Positions 37,501 through 50,661 of a stretch of 64,000 bases of DNA are shown here, piece after piece. Position 1 is the stretch's first letter. Each line of letters opens with the position of its first letter. Both the position numbers and the translations under genes were made by a program. Below the pieces are notes generated by a model. The model ran no database searches, had not been told where the DNA came from, and was given only the letters and a program-made list of their open reading frames with translations. This stretch comes from Balanoglossus misakiensis (taxonomy: Eukaryota; Animalia; Hemichordata): positions 5,058,760 through 5,122,759 of the forward strand of contig CM082576.2 in the NCBI GenBank assembly GCA_040954595.2, written 5' to 3'.

Positions 37501-40500
37501 TTTGCGCTATGGCGTTATCGGCTTATGTTGCACCTGTCGGTAGAACTAAAAGAAGATATTCCGTGAAGATTAGACAGGTAATCCTAAACACTCTGTCACA
37601 CCAACAGAAAAATGCCTGTAACCTGCAAGAAGAAGATGACAGGCAGACATCTGTGTATAGATTCTGACCATATGCCTTTGGGAGAAATCTTGGCGTATTG
37701 ATGATGTTCTCTCTGTGCATTGATTTGACCAGGACACTGCCTACTTCCTTGCTTTTGAGAATGATTGTGATAAAATGTTGTACGCCTGACATTTTACAAA
37801 GGAAAAATCAATCATTTTTCACCTGCTGTGGAGAAATCTACATATTTCACGTTACGCTATGAAACCTGTGAAAAGATGGCCTGGAGAAGTGCTTGTATAC
37901 CATGACATCATTCACATTGACAGTCCTGAATACCTGTCAACGAGCCATGCTCACTGCAGACAGGGACAGTGTTAAATAGGTTTGAATGCACGTGAAAAAT
38001 TACATGGTACTCATGTTTATAATTTCTCACCTGCATTCAAACATAGGTAATACCAATGTCCTTATTCAGCAGTGTAGAGAATACATTGTATGTGCCTGCA
38101 TTAATTTTCCGAGGAGATTTTTACCTGGTCTTTGGTTCTAAAACGATAGGCGTACCGTGCCTTTGGAATTACCCTACCTCAGCATAGTTAGGCCTCATCA
38201 GCCATAAAGATGTCAATGAAGACTCATCATCTATCCACCGTTCGATTTCTGCGTAATTTGGTCCCATGGTTACCATTCATGCGCCAGTAGATACCTCATC
38301 AACCTACCCATCGACATCACTCATTTCATGATGCCATTATACCAGCTTTAGTTTCTCGATCTCTCTCTCTCCCTCGCTCGGTATTAGGAAATCTAAGGAT
38401 GTCACCGATGCATGCAGTATTTTAGCTGGTTTTATGGTTCTCAGTTTCATGGTGGCTTTAAACTGATACATGAAATGTCGTCAGTATTTCTCAAATTTTC
38501 CTTGGTCTGGCAAAAAAAGCTTCAATATTATGGTTCCAGAAATGCAAGCTTTTGACAGTATTTTCAATATCCTGTTTTTCAGCTGCGAGATTCACAATGG
38601 AAGGCATAATTGTCCTTAAAAACATGACAGTGTAATAATGGATTGATATTGAAATTCCCAATGCACGATTCTTAAGTTTCTTTCAAATCCGAGAAAATCT
38701 CAAGAAGGAGAAAGATGGCAGAACCAAGATGCATTCAGTGCAGCATGGAAAATACGGCATTAAATACGAGCGCATTCATGCAAGCATTGACACATTGTTG
38801 TTGGTTCTTTCATGGTGAAATGGGCAGCTCACAAATATCGTCATCAGAGTATCAATGCTTTAAAGGGAAGCAGACATCACATTATTGCAAGTGATGTGGT
38901 TATATACTGCTTGCCTGGCTGTGTGACTGGAATAACTATACACTTTATACATATCAGTGTTTGCTCAAAAATCCTATTTTTCTTTCACAGACATAACGAT
39001 AATTGACTTTCTTTCGCATTTAATCAAAAAGTACAAAACTTAGTGTGTACTTTTCTTGATGTAGCTAAACACTGACCCTGATGATAGAATTATTTTTGGA
39101 TCAGCATTAATGGCATTTGAGCCACAGATGTAATCAAATATATTGGATGGAAAGCTGTAGATCGGTGAAAGGAGACAAGTCTTATATGCCTAGGTTCCAC
39201 TTTTGATCAAATAATGGATGTTTAATGCTACCTTACTGAGAGAAAAAATTAAGCTTGTCTAAGGTTCATCTGTTTGATTGTATTTTTTAAATATTGATGT
39301 GTTGGGGAACTTGCAAAAGGTCTTATTAAGATTCCTGATACCGCAGCGCATATACTAAAGTGATTACTGGACTAGGTAATGAAAATCACCAACTTCTGGG
39401 TCTGCTTAAAGAAAGCAGTAAGCTAGTCCCTTTTGAAAGAATCAATATGAGTTACTTCACAAATTTGTAAACTACAGTCCGGAAAATCTGAAATTTTCCA
39501 TTTGATTAATAAAAATGGTTGTAAGCCCAATCCCATTCAAGGGTTTTAGTGCTTGATTACTCTCTTGATGGTTAGTGCTTCTATCTTTTTCAATTTTCAG
39601 AAGTAATCCCATGTCAGTTCACCAAAGCGATAAATGAGAGTATTCAGGACTTTCATTTTCCTGGAAAAGTATGTCCCTGACGATTATTCTCTTGTTGTGT
39701 TTCAATTTCGGCACGGTATCAGTCAGCTCTGTAACCAGCGCTAATACAGATCAATAAATAGTCTCCACATCTCAGACAGTGGTGGCAAGTTACCCAGGCC
39801 CTCTCACAGCCTACAATAATATTTATCTTGTGTTGAAAGCACCTAGGACGTCATTTTATCTGTCGAGATGAATCACATCATTTTGCTGCCAAAGCTGGGA
39901 GCCATCAACAGTGCCCTGTATCTGACATCAAAGTCTCGGGAGTTGATACAGTAAATTGACCTTAACCTGTCTGCAGGTATACTTTGAGTATCGAATACCG
40001 TGGTGTACATATTGCAGGTACAAGGCTGCAGGGACACTCTTATTCAATCAAAAGAGAGGCCAGTTACAGGAGAATATTGAATATGAAGGTCTACCAGCCA
40101 GGGTCATCATACTATCTACATTACGTGATAGATACTGTGCATATTTTAAATTACAAAACTATTTTTGATTTTGACGAATAGGTTTTGATGATATTTTATT
40201 GAAATAAACCCCACAGATCACTGATGCTGGTTCTTGGTCGAATGGATTCCATTAAAAAAAGCTGCAGTATAATTTTTCATAAATTTCCACATTCTTGCCT
40301 AATAAAGCCGTGATAAAAGTCTTAACCCTGGATAATCTTTCATTGCACAGTGTGCAACGCAGCGATGTGAATGCAAAGGTACACGGGGAATGCAGTCATA
40401 ATTTGTAATTATATCGCGTTCTCAGGTGTGCTGTTGCCTTTTGAATTATTACTACTGGGCCAGTCTCATTCTATGTGGAAGTTAATGAATGCATGGGGTT

Positions 40501-43500
40501 CATTGAGGCTTAAAGATAAAATATATTTGTGCCAAGGTTGTCCTATTTTGTCTTAGAACAGAAAATCCTACAGTCAGACATACCAGCTGAATGATAATTT
40601 GCAGTGTTATGACATTTACATTATCTAATTTATTTATTTTTTCACAGATTATGGAAGAAAGTAACAGGGAAATTTGGCAACGTTATGCCACTGGAATGGA
40701 AGAAGTCGCACGCCAGAAAACTTCAAATGCCAGTCCTTAACCTTAATGAGAAACAGGTAAACAAACTTTTCTTGATGTCCCTCAAGTCATTATTAAACTC
40801 ATCACGGCTGTGTACACAAGTGGCATTAATGTAAAGGCCGTGATGCACGTCACACCATCTGCAAATGAGGAATCATGTTAATTGCATTTGACTGTTGATG
40901 TCAGGGTTAAGTTCAAGGGTGGTCACACAGCCAGCATCAGTGAAAGTTACGATGACTGTTATGTATCTCATTGACATCTTTCATTTGCAAACATTTTCCA
41001 AACATCTCACTCCTAACAGGAGCAAGAGGTCAGCAATCTCGACCTGCCAGAGGATGGAGAGCTGGCGCAACAACTCGACATGCATTCACTCATCGTCTCG
41101 AGCATCAATCAAGAACCCATGTTCACGGCAGATGAAGTCATTGAAGAAATTGATGAAATCTTCCAGGTAAAAAACCCTAACTGAATTCATCCAGCCTGGA
41201 GCCAGCTTTCTATAACACACACTGAAGTCATTATGCTAATACCTGGCTCAAGTTTGCACTCCGATAAGTGATCTGATGAGTAATCTTATTTTTCTAATTT
41301 TGAAAACTAATTACACACATTAGTAAACATATAGTGATGAAATGGACAAGACCCCCCCCCCCAAAAAAAAAAGAAGAAGATTTTTTGAAGGTCCATGCTG
41401 CTGTAAATTAACATTGGGTGTTAAGGTGTGAGAATCTCCTCACAGACAATTCCCAAACATACCAACTACCAGACTATTTACAGATACACGTAATGGTCTT
41501 CTGTACATGCAGACAGCCTTGAAGCTGGGTGTGATGAACAACATTTCCTTCCCTTCATTCAACCCTCTTGGGTGTGGCCATCGCCATCTATGATCTGCTG
41601 TCTTAATGTTTCAGAGATTTTGTAAGGCAGTACAGGCTTTTTTTCTACATCAAATGCAATAAATCACTGATATACAGTTCTTGAGTGTATAAATCACTTT
41701 CATTTATATTCATAACAGTACTGTGTGTGATGAAAATATTACTGTCTGAGACACACAGTTCACTCATCATGCCCTCAACTGATACCCAATTCATAAATAC
41801 GTGGATTGCATTCCCTACAGTTAGTTAATTATCTCTCAAAGGCGGAAGACAAGTAGTGTCTCCTCTTAATGTATCTGGAGCGTTGTGGGACTTGACAGCT
41901 GTCTGCCTTGTGTCTCTGAATGGATCCCTTTAGCATGGCAGAAAATGTCAAGTAGTCTGTGTAGTCACTGACTGTGCAGTCCAAATCACACTGAATAAAG
42001 CTCTTCACGCGACAATCGCGTGCAAGTGGGTGTCACCTGTTGTTGTAGAAGTCATGATTTTTTTTCTCTCAAGTTCTGTGTTCTGGTCTTCCCCCCTTGT
42101 ACAGCAATCCTCCCCCGAGGGTACACAGACAGAAGAAGATCGATGGTCCCTCATCTCTCAAGAATTATTAAAACTACGAGAAAGATCGATCACCACCAGC
42201 AGTTATGAGGAAAGTAAGAATGCCAAAGGTACATTTGATGGCTCTGCTCAGCAAGCTTCTTATATTTACGTTTCACTGTGGTCTCTTTTTTTGTTGCCGT
42301 AAAATGAGAAACGATAGCCATAACAGCCAGCTCCCTGTCGAGTGCTTGAAAGTTAACCAAGCAGATTCCCCACAGACTGGAATCGGCTACAGGTTTCATC
42401 ATCATCTCTGTGTAGGGATGCTGACGGGTGAAATCCACATCGTCAAAAATGCATGTATGCACGCTGCATGCCTGCTCGGAGCAGTCTTTGAAGACCAGAA
42501 GGATAATAGATTCATGCTCATGACAGATTTTAGAATTGATTACTGTAATCGAACCGACCTTAAACCTTGATGAGATGTTGTGATATGGTCGTTTGTGCTC
42601 TCCTGTGGTCAAATCTATCATGAAAAGAGAGAAAGAGAAAAAAAAACCTTCAACCTGGGCCACTCACATTAATTACATCCTGTTGCATGCACTTTGCATG
42701 GTAGTCTAGTCAGCGTTTGATATTAACATCCATGATTCATGAAGGATGATAATAACACTCCCAGCATGAATAACTCATCAAGATCTCTGCCATGGGTTGA
42801 TTTTATTTAAAATTTTGTAGTAATGTCGTTTTAGCTTTACGTATTTCCATGCTGTGCATGCCATATCTGCATGTGTCATCCAACGTTATCTCCCAATATT
42901 TTTGTACGATAATCAGATAATACTAACAATGTCAAACATAACTCTTCTTTGCCTCTCTTAACAAACATTAGTGGTGGATATACCAGGTAATTAGGATTCA
43001 AGTTTTAACAGGCTGAATATGAATAATCTTGTTTCTGTAATCTCTGTGTCATAATTATAGATATTTTCCCTGTTTCGAATTAGTCTTTTGCAATTCAGAA
43101 CTATTCAGAAATGTTTCATTATAGCAATGAATGACATGACACCCTAGCATATTTTGGAATGTGGAGGTCTTAGAATCCTCATACAAAATACTGCTGAATA
43201 GACCCAGCTGTTCTACCAAACCCCAATTTACTTCCTCTGAATGTACTGATGCTAAACAAGCGATCTAGACTGGATTCATTGTTGATGTTGATTCCAGCTT
43301 CAATGGTTTATTCATCATAAGGGATTCAAGTGATAGATTTGTCTCATTTCACATGGAGTTTGATATTCCTGCAAGCAAATGACCCAGACTGTCAATTTAT
43401 GGACAAGCCCAGCGATGCATGTAAACAAGTGTATATGTGTACGTTTTGCAGAAGTCTTCAGTCACAGAAATTATATGTGATTAAAATATAACCTGGCACT

Positions 43501-45477
43501 TCTAAAGTGTTGTATATTGTGCCGTGTGTGGTCTTGATGTTATGTAGTTTCACACTTGTGAGCGGAGGGGGCGTAGCGGTGACAGCAATTGTTATAAACA
43601 ATTGTACAGTCATCTGTGTCAAATTAGATTCAGATGAGAACACAGATCTACTGGTGAACATATGAGTGTTTTAAATTTTAATTACTGGCTGAGTCATTAC
43701 CCACAAGGATCATACTCTTCCTTTACTGCATAATGAAAATTGACATGCTCCTGAGACTTGGCATTTAAATTTTTAATTTTCGTAATCCAGGACAGTTCTG
43801 ATCCGTAAATTGTGACAAATCGATTAAAATGCAACCAGCCAGGTGTTTGCTTTCCGCCGTGGTGATTTTTTTTTTCTTTTGTAAACTTTGCGTCTTAGGG
43901 CTGAAAGACCTGTCCCTGCACGCGTTGAATGAACTTCTTGAAGAGTTGGAATCCACCATCAAAGAGTACTCTGAAGTGTTGATTGAACAGCTGGACCTTC
44001 GAGATGAACTGGAGTACGAGAAAGAGATCAAGAACCAATTTATATCCAATCTGATCAGCGTGCAAAACAAACTCAAGGCAAGAAATCCCAAGGGAAAGAA
44101 GGGAGCTCCCAAGAAGAAACTCAAAAATGGCTCTGATGGAGGATCGGTGCGTATTTGCCGTTTTCTTTTTTTATTCGTCGCACGTCTAATCTCAGATGAA
44201 TAAATTGTACTCAGCCCAAGTTCATGGTCAACAAGGCAAGAGGGCTTGTTCTATAGCTTGCTTGGTTTATTGATTAATCTGTGTGCTTTGTGTGTCTAAC
44301 TTGTCTATTGTCATGGCAACCCTCTTTGTATCTGACTTTGCAGTTTCTGACGACGGTGATACCATACCACAAGAACGGACCGCCCAGTGTGGAAACGTTA
44401 CAGATTCTGAATAAAAGTAAGTGATGTACTGTAACAAGGCTGACTGTGATATGAGTACACTCACACAGACATGGACATGCAAGTGTGGAGGAAGTAGAAC
44501 TTTCTGAGTCTTGGAAGATTTGACAACCTTCTTTGATTTTGACCTCTGGTGTAAAAGATTTGTATACGCGTTTATAATTCAATGTGTTGAGAAAAAAATT
44601 GAATGAAGTATTGACATGATCTCTGTTAAAACATTCATAGCCCTTTCCAATTAAAAAAAGTGATAAAACTTAGAGCATGTGCTGTTTTAAGAGTCAAGCA
44701 ACATTTGTATATAATTACAGAACAAATGCTTAAAATGCAAAAGAAATGCATGAAAGTAGCTTGTGGCTTTTTTTATATTTTCCTCAGTTATTTTGACTTG
44801 CTATTTTGTTTTTCTTTTAGTTTTGAAAGCCATGGATGAGGACAGTTCCCAAGTGCCTGGCTTGCTAACAGACTATATACTCAAAGGTAAGCTTTTTTCA
44901 TTTCACATAAAACCTGCATTTGTCAGTTTTGTTTTGTTTTCTTCCCCCAATGCTTTTACATGTCTTTATGTTGCTGTTTGGCTGACATAACTTTCATTCA
45001 GTACTACATATAAACATAGACTCACATAGAGTAGAATGGCCATCACCTTTCTGTTTTCTTGCTCACCTGATTACAAATGCATTCCTTCAGTAAGTGATGA
45101 TCTTAGTTGCTCTCTAAATCTGTCAATGAATTCAACCTTTCTTTCGTCAAGGACTTTAATTTCAATTTGAAGCTGGCATATCAATCTTACAAGTGACCTT
45201 ATTAAAATGTGATTGATGGATCCAGCATCAACCGTCATGCATTAAATTAATCTTTTCACTTCTGTTTTTGTCAGACAAACTCAACCATGTTTTAATTTCC
45301 AAAATAATTTATAATGTGCATAATTTCGTGGTTACAAACACTATGTCCAATTCTGCGAATTTTGTGTTCTGTGCATTTAAAAACAAAATGTAGTTCTGAC
45401 CAAACAAAAAAATGTAGTTCTGATAACTTTACATTCCTAAATTTTGTGTGTTTCTTACAGTGCTAGTTCCAACATAG
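22562..45477 (+). CDS. FEZ2: Fasciculation and elongation protein zeta (FEZ1/FEZ2/UNC-76 family kinesin-1 adaptor), ~360 aa
   Basis: Exons: 22562-22875 (alternative in-frame ATG at 22544), 40648-40756, 41020-41166, 42105-42213, 43899-44146, 44344-44416, 44821-44886, 45461-45477 (1083 nt, in frame). Family motifs: SIEDLVNNFDENLAKCFRNYNEKTEKIAPV, LWKKVTGKFGNVMPLEW, LDMHSLI, YSEVLIEQLDLRDELEYEKEIKNQFIS, LTTVIPY, VPGLLTDYILKVLVPT*. Probably a single pro-orthologue of FEZ1 and FEZ2. Confidence 0.93.
26676..26689. promoter_or_regulatory. RFX X-box in FEZ intron 1
   Basis: GTTGCCGTGGCAAC, a near-perfect palindromic X-box. Confidence 0.45.
29983..30002. repeat. Poly-C tract (20 nt) in FEZ intron 1
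   Basis: Homopolymer run seen directly. Confidence 0.9.
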
Positions 45478-48400
45478 ACGCAACTCTGTCACAGAAACTT
45501 ACGGAAGAAGACCAGTCAAAAGAAAGAGCCACATTTTTGACTGGTTTGTGTAGAGATTAATTGCTTGATTGGTTGACACTGTCATGCCAGGCATCATTCT
45601 AACATCAAGAGATGCCAAAAAAGAGAAGATACTGGGTGTGACCAATCAGTTTTTCTCAGCTCAGTAAATAATCTTTGAAAGACCGTTACTATTTTCTTCA
45701 GTGTTAAAAAAAAAATAATTTGCATGTGTCCACAATCTTCACTCTCTATGTCGCAGTGGCACAGTAACTCACGTCCCAAGTCTAGTAGTAACACACGTAT
45801 AATGCTAATTTAAGAAGAAAAAAAATATGCCAGGTAATTGTGTGCATTGTAAATTTTGACCATGAATGCATCTATGTAAGGTAGAACTGTTTAGAGATTT
45901 AAAAAAAAAAAAACAGTAGAATAGTTCAGTTCATGTAGGTTTGGTGGGAAAAGTCATTCTGGGGGAAAAATGTCCCCAGACAGTGCAATGTCATTACTTA
46001 AACTGTGTGATACAGAAAAAATGCTGCAGTTAGAGGGAAGTTTTATGATGGATATATAGATGGAGAGCTATATCAATTTTCAGTAAAATGCGAATTCATG
46101 TCTTTGGAACTGACCAAACCTAGAGTATTGGCTGAACTGTCCTGGTGGTTTTTAAAGTCTAGTATTTATGACGTACTTTATCCATAATTTATTTGTGTGT
46201 CTTTCCAGAGCTTTTTAATCCTGTAAAGTGCAATGGACTGACTTGTCTTAACTGTGGTGTTGTTGAGCGGGTTCCGCCTCGCCCCCACACACCAGAAATG
46301 CCAAAGTACTTCTGATGATTCATGTTTTATGTAAATAGGCATCATATTCAATCATTTTAGCTGTTGATGTCCATATATAATCGACTGTAGTCTGTTCGTA
46401 AAAATGCTGATAAGAATACTTAGGGGTGGGGTGGGTGGTTGGGGGGTGTGTGGAGGAGGGGGGGGGGTATAATTAAAGTGTCAGTTATGCACTGTGTTCA
46501 TCCACAGAGATCTGACACAAGTGAACACATCCCTCTTGAATCACTGATGTGCCACAAGAGGGCGCCCTTTAGTTAGACAGAACATCGTGAGGGGGGGGGG
46601 GGGTACTCTAGAAGAGTTATAGGGGTATGTGCTGCCCAGTCGGGTGCCATTGTCATATCTATTGGCCTAGAAGTAAATAGCAGTTTGGGTGTAGAGGTGG
46701 GTTGGGCTTTGACCATGCCTTTGTATGCCTCTGTGGTTTAGAAGCCGGTCAAAATACAATGTATGTGAACTCACTGTCATGTAAGTGTGTGCGATTTCTA
46801 TGACAGGGGGTGGCACACTCATTGGTGTAGAAGAGTGCATGATTACCATGACAGGGGTCGCCAACCCCTAATCAATATTTACTGTAGTACCCCAGGCCTT
46901 TCTTTCCCTAGTATAATCTAAGATTTTTTTTTTGTATTTTTTAAATTCTTGAACAGGGTTATTATTTTGTACCTTAATTTTTGTTATATTTTTTACAAGT
47001 TGTGAAATTAATTTACTTGCCGGTCCAAGTTTTTCCTTAGAAACTTTATGCTTCAATATTTTTCTTGATTTCTTCCTGATGGAACTATAAATTTTTGTCA
47101 ATGTTTACATTACTTTGTACATAAGAGAGCAGATTAATATTGTTTATCTTTGGAGTTTTGAGAGTAAATGTTTATGTAGAGATTGTGTAGAATTAGATCC
47201 AATTATATTTCCTACACAGAAGTGAGGTGGGTTACTCACTATAATTCTAGGTAAACAACAGAATAATTATTATAATAATAATAATGATTGAAAATATTTC
47301 AACCAACGAATAGTTATGAAAAAAGCAGCAGCTGTTTTTGACTCAAATATGGTAATTTGGAGGTAAACACACCCAGCTGTGTGAAAAGACAAAGATTTCA
47401 TTTTGCCAAAAAACAACAACTACAATAGAATCTGAAGACGATAGAAATGCCGGTATTTCTTTACAACGTGGTTGTGATCATGACGAAGAAAGTAGAATTG
47501 TTTCTTCAGAGTTCAGTGTTTTTCATTCCAGGAATTTGACAATTTCTGCATGGTACTATGTTTTTTCTCAATTCAGAATATTCCATATTTTTGTTGGGAA
47601 GGGGGGGGGAGTGTGTGGGAATGGGGAGGTTCTGAGCAAGTTTCAATGAGAGCGACCTTGACTGGCCATGTATACGATGGGATCCCCTTCCATACCAGGA
47701 ATCATAAACTTTTTTACTGCACTGCCATTGGGCGAACACAGTAGTTTGGGGCTCATCGAATTTATCTACCCCAGAAATAATTAAAATTTAATGTTTTTTG
47801 AAATCATTTTCATTTCCAGGTGCAATCAGCTTTTTTCCAGCGATACTGTCGAAAACTAAAAAAAAATTATAAGAATTTATTATCAAAACTTTTAAGATGT
47901 TTAGTCTAGATAAAAGATGAGAAACTGTAAGATTTTACCAGAAGAAAACCTTTTTTTGATGTATGTCCACCAGTGTGTTATTGCTTCAATTGATTCAGAG
48001 CAGTAATGTTTGGAAATGTGCTTCCAGCATAGACCATACTTGTAGCTGGTTACGCATATACAATCAGAGTATCATTTAGCAGTGAGATACCCTGCCTCGT
48101 CATCAACTCTATATCTCACCACTAACAGTTGTTGTCATGTCAGCTGCACAGGCAAGCATACATATGCTACATATCTCTGCTTTTCGAACACTCTTGCTAC
48201 CTGAAACAGCATCGCCTTGTCGTCAACATGGCATGGTTAAACGACGTGTGGCCATACGATGGTACACTTTTTTTTATGTGTCTCCCCAATGAAAATCTGT
48301 GATTGGCTCGATAGCTTAATATCCACATTTTCTGTTGCTAAATACAAGTGGTCGTATACCTTTAATATCCACAGTGAATAACTGTTGAAACATGTTATCA

Positions 48401-50661
48401 CCACCAAAACCAGCAACCAGGTCACACTGACATTGTCCAACTTCAGTTCAGATAAAATTTACCCGCTGTGTTTTATATGACTTGGCATGTGCCCTTTCAG
48501 ATATCATGAGTTGCTATGATCACTACTGTGACAAAAGCTTATCATTGAGAATTTGTCTGCGAGACACAAGAATTGTACCAACTCATGTATAACCTACTTA
48601 ACGAAACCAATTATCTCAGGCAATATTACCGTGTCTTGCCCACGTTTCAGTAGCCACCTGTCAGTTGTGATCATTGTAAGAAGAACCAAGCCCCTGGCAA
48701 ATACTGCCTAGTACACCAAGAGAGAAAAAAAATGTTTGCCTTCCAATATCCTAATGTATGTCTGTATACGTGTGTATGGATGTGTATGTGTTTTACTGGG
48801 AATGAATTTGTTGACTCCTTCAATGTGAGAGCAGCAACATGGCCTTAATTGTCAAAAGCAGCTTTTGCAGAAAAAATAGGGTAGCCCAAAATGCCAGTAC
48901 CAGGTATGGCTGTCAACCGTTGATGGCAGGGGAAAACAATTTTGACGACCAAGTATAGTGAGATTGATCAAATTTCTCTGTATTTATAGGCAGTTGTATC
49001 GTTGGGTAAAGGTTTCATGTTCAGCTCCACTAAGTCAAATTGACTTTTTTTTCAAGGATTGGTTTTTAAGTTCTGAGAATGTCAGGGGTGTTTTTGAAAC
49101 TTTAACATGTTGACCATGACATGCTAATTTCACAGATATGTAAAGATACAAGATTTGTGCTGTCTGTATATGAAGAAAGATTGTCTCGTTTTGGTCTCTT
49201 ATTGTAGGAACTGTTGCCTTTCAATACATTGTGTTTACTGCTTGAAGTTGAACAAGTCTTGTCAAATAAATTTGGGGGAGTCGGCAAATGTATAACAGCT
49301 GATATGAATTGGGGAAGGCAGAAAACAGCTGCCTCGAGATGGTCACAAGATTTTGTCAGTAAATACCTTTTGTGTACGTGACTGATAGTGTCATGTTTGT
49401 GATGTAGGAAAGACCCCATGCAACAAATAAAAACTCTGAAAGAGGCTGAATTTTTCCTATGCCATCACATGGACTCCCAACAAAAATGCACACATAAATA
49501 TGCAGCTGGCCAACCTTGCTGACCCAGATCCAGGAAGTGAATGCAAAATGTAAGCTGACAGCTGTAACAATTTTAGTACTGTTTTAGAACCTTGCCAAGT
49601 ATGAAATGTAGCTAATATTAGCCATTTGTCAATGTGTACATATATTAAGCCAATGTCTATGCTACCAGGTCTGCGTCACACACAACACACTGGATCTGAT
49701 GTGTTGTTTCAACAGATAAGTTTATGTGTATTATTTAATGTATCAACTTAATAAAAAGTTTGTAATGTGTAACAGCGGTCTCCTCTCTGATTTTCTCTTG
49801 TTTGTTTACGAGTGGATAGATACCAACAAAGCCAAAATGTTATGGTATGTGTTTGGTTGGTTGGTTGGTTGTTGCCAGAACAGTATGTACACAAATGTAT
49901 GGACCTACACTCAAGTGCTTTATTATATATTCAAATTTCAAACAAACAAGCAAATGGTACAGTTCTCGTCTGTTCTTTGAACAATCTCCTAAGCTTTGCT
50001 AGTGTGCATGTTGCCATAGATCATTTGCAGCAATGCAGTCTCTTGAAATACGTGTGCAGTCCAAAACGATGGTAACTGGTAAACTTCCCACTTGAGGGCG
50101 CAAATCGCTACTCTGTCAAGTGTCATTTATTATAAAGCGGCTCGTATAAAGTCGGGACTACTTTATACCCGTATCGACAAACAAAGCACATGGTAATACT
50201 GTAGAACATCTAGATCTTTCAAACCGAAAAGCGTAAAGGCCTTCTCAAGCCTATTATGCAGTAAAATGGTCTCAAAACTAGATGAAACTGGCCAAAGTTC
50301 CCGCTTTGTATGTGCACATTTTTCAATCCAGCTAAAAAATTCTCAAATAATATTAAAAGCTACGAGAAATAACACACGACAAGCAGAACAGAGTAAATGA
50401 TTTTTTTGCACAGTATATATCAGTTCTAATACTGCAACATATAGAAAAATCCAGTTTAAAACTTTCTTACAAATGGACGGAAGAGAATAATACTGTTGAA
50501 AGTAAACGCTTCATTCTTGGCAGTCGTATGCTCTCTTCTTGGTGTTTCAAAATTGACAGTGTTCTTATGTATACGACAAAGTCAACGACAACATCGAATG
50601 GCGGTTGGCCTTGAAATTTGTGATTTCTACTCGAGTTGGAATGGATGTGCAGATCCCCCGC

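Noticed and set aside
22900-40600. Many 60-145 aa ORFs in FEZ intron 1
   Set aside because: They have no recognisable domains, composition typical of random AT-rich ORFs, and no consistent splice chain.
46585-46660. G-run followed by TACTC...GGGGTATGTGCTGC, resembling the end of an interspersed repeat
   Set aside because: No second terminus or other copy is present in the window, so boundaries cannot be supported.
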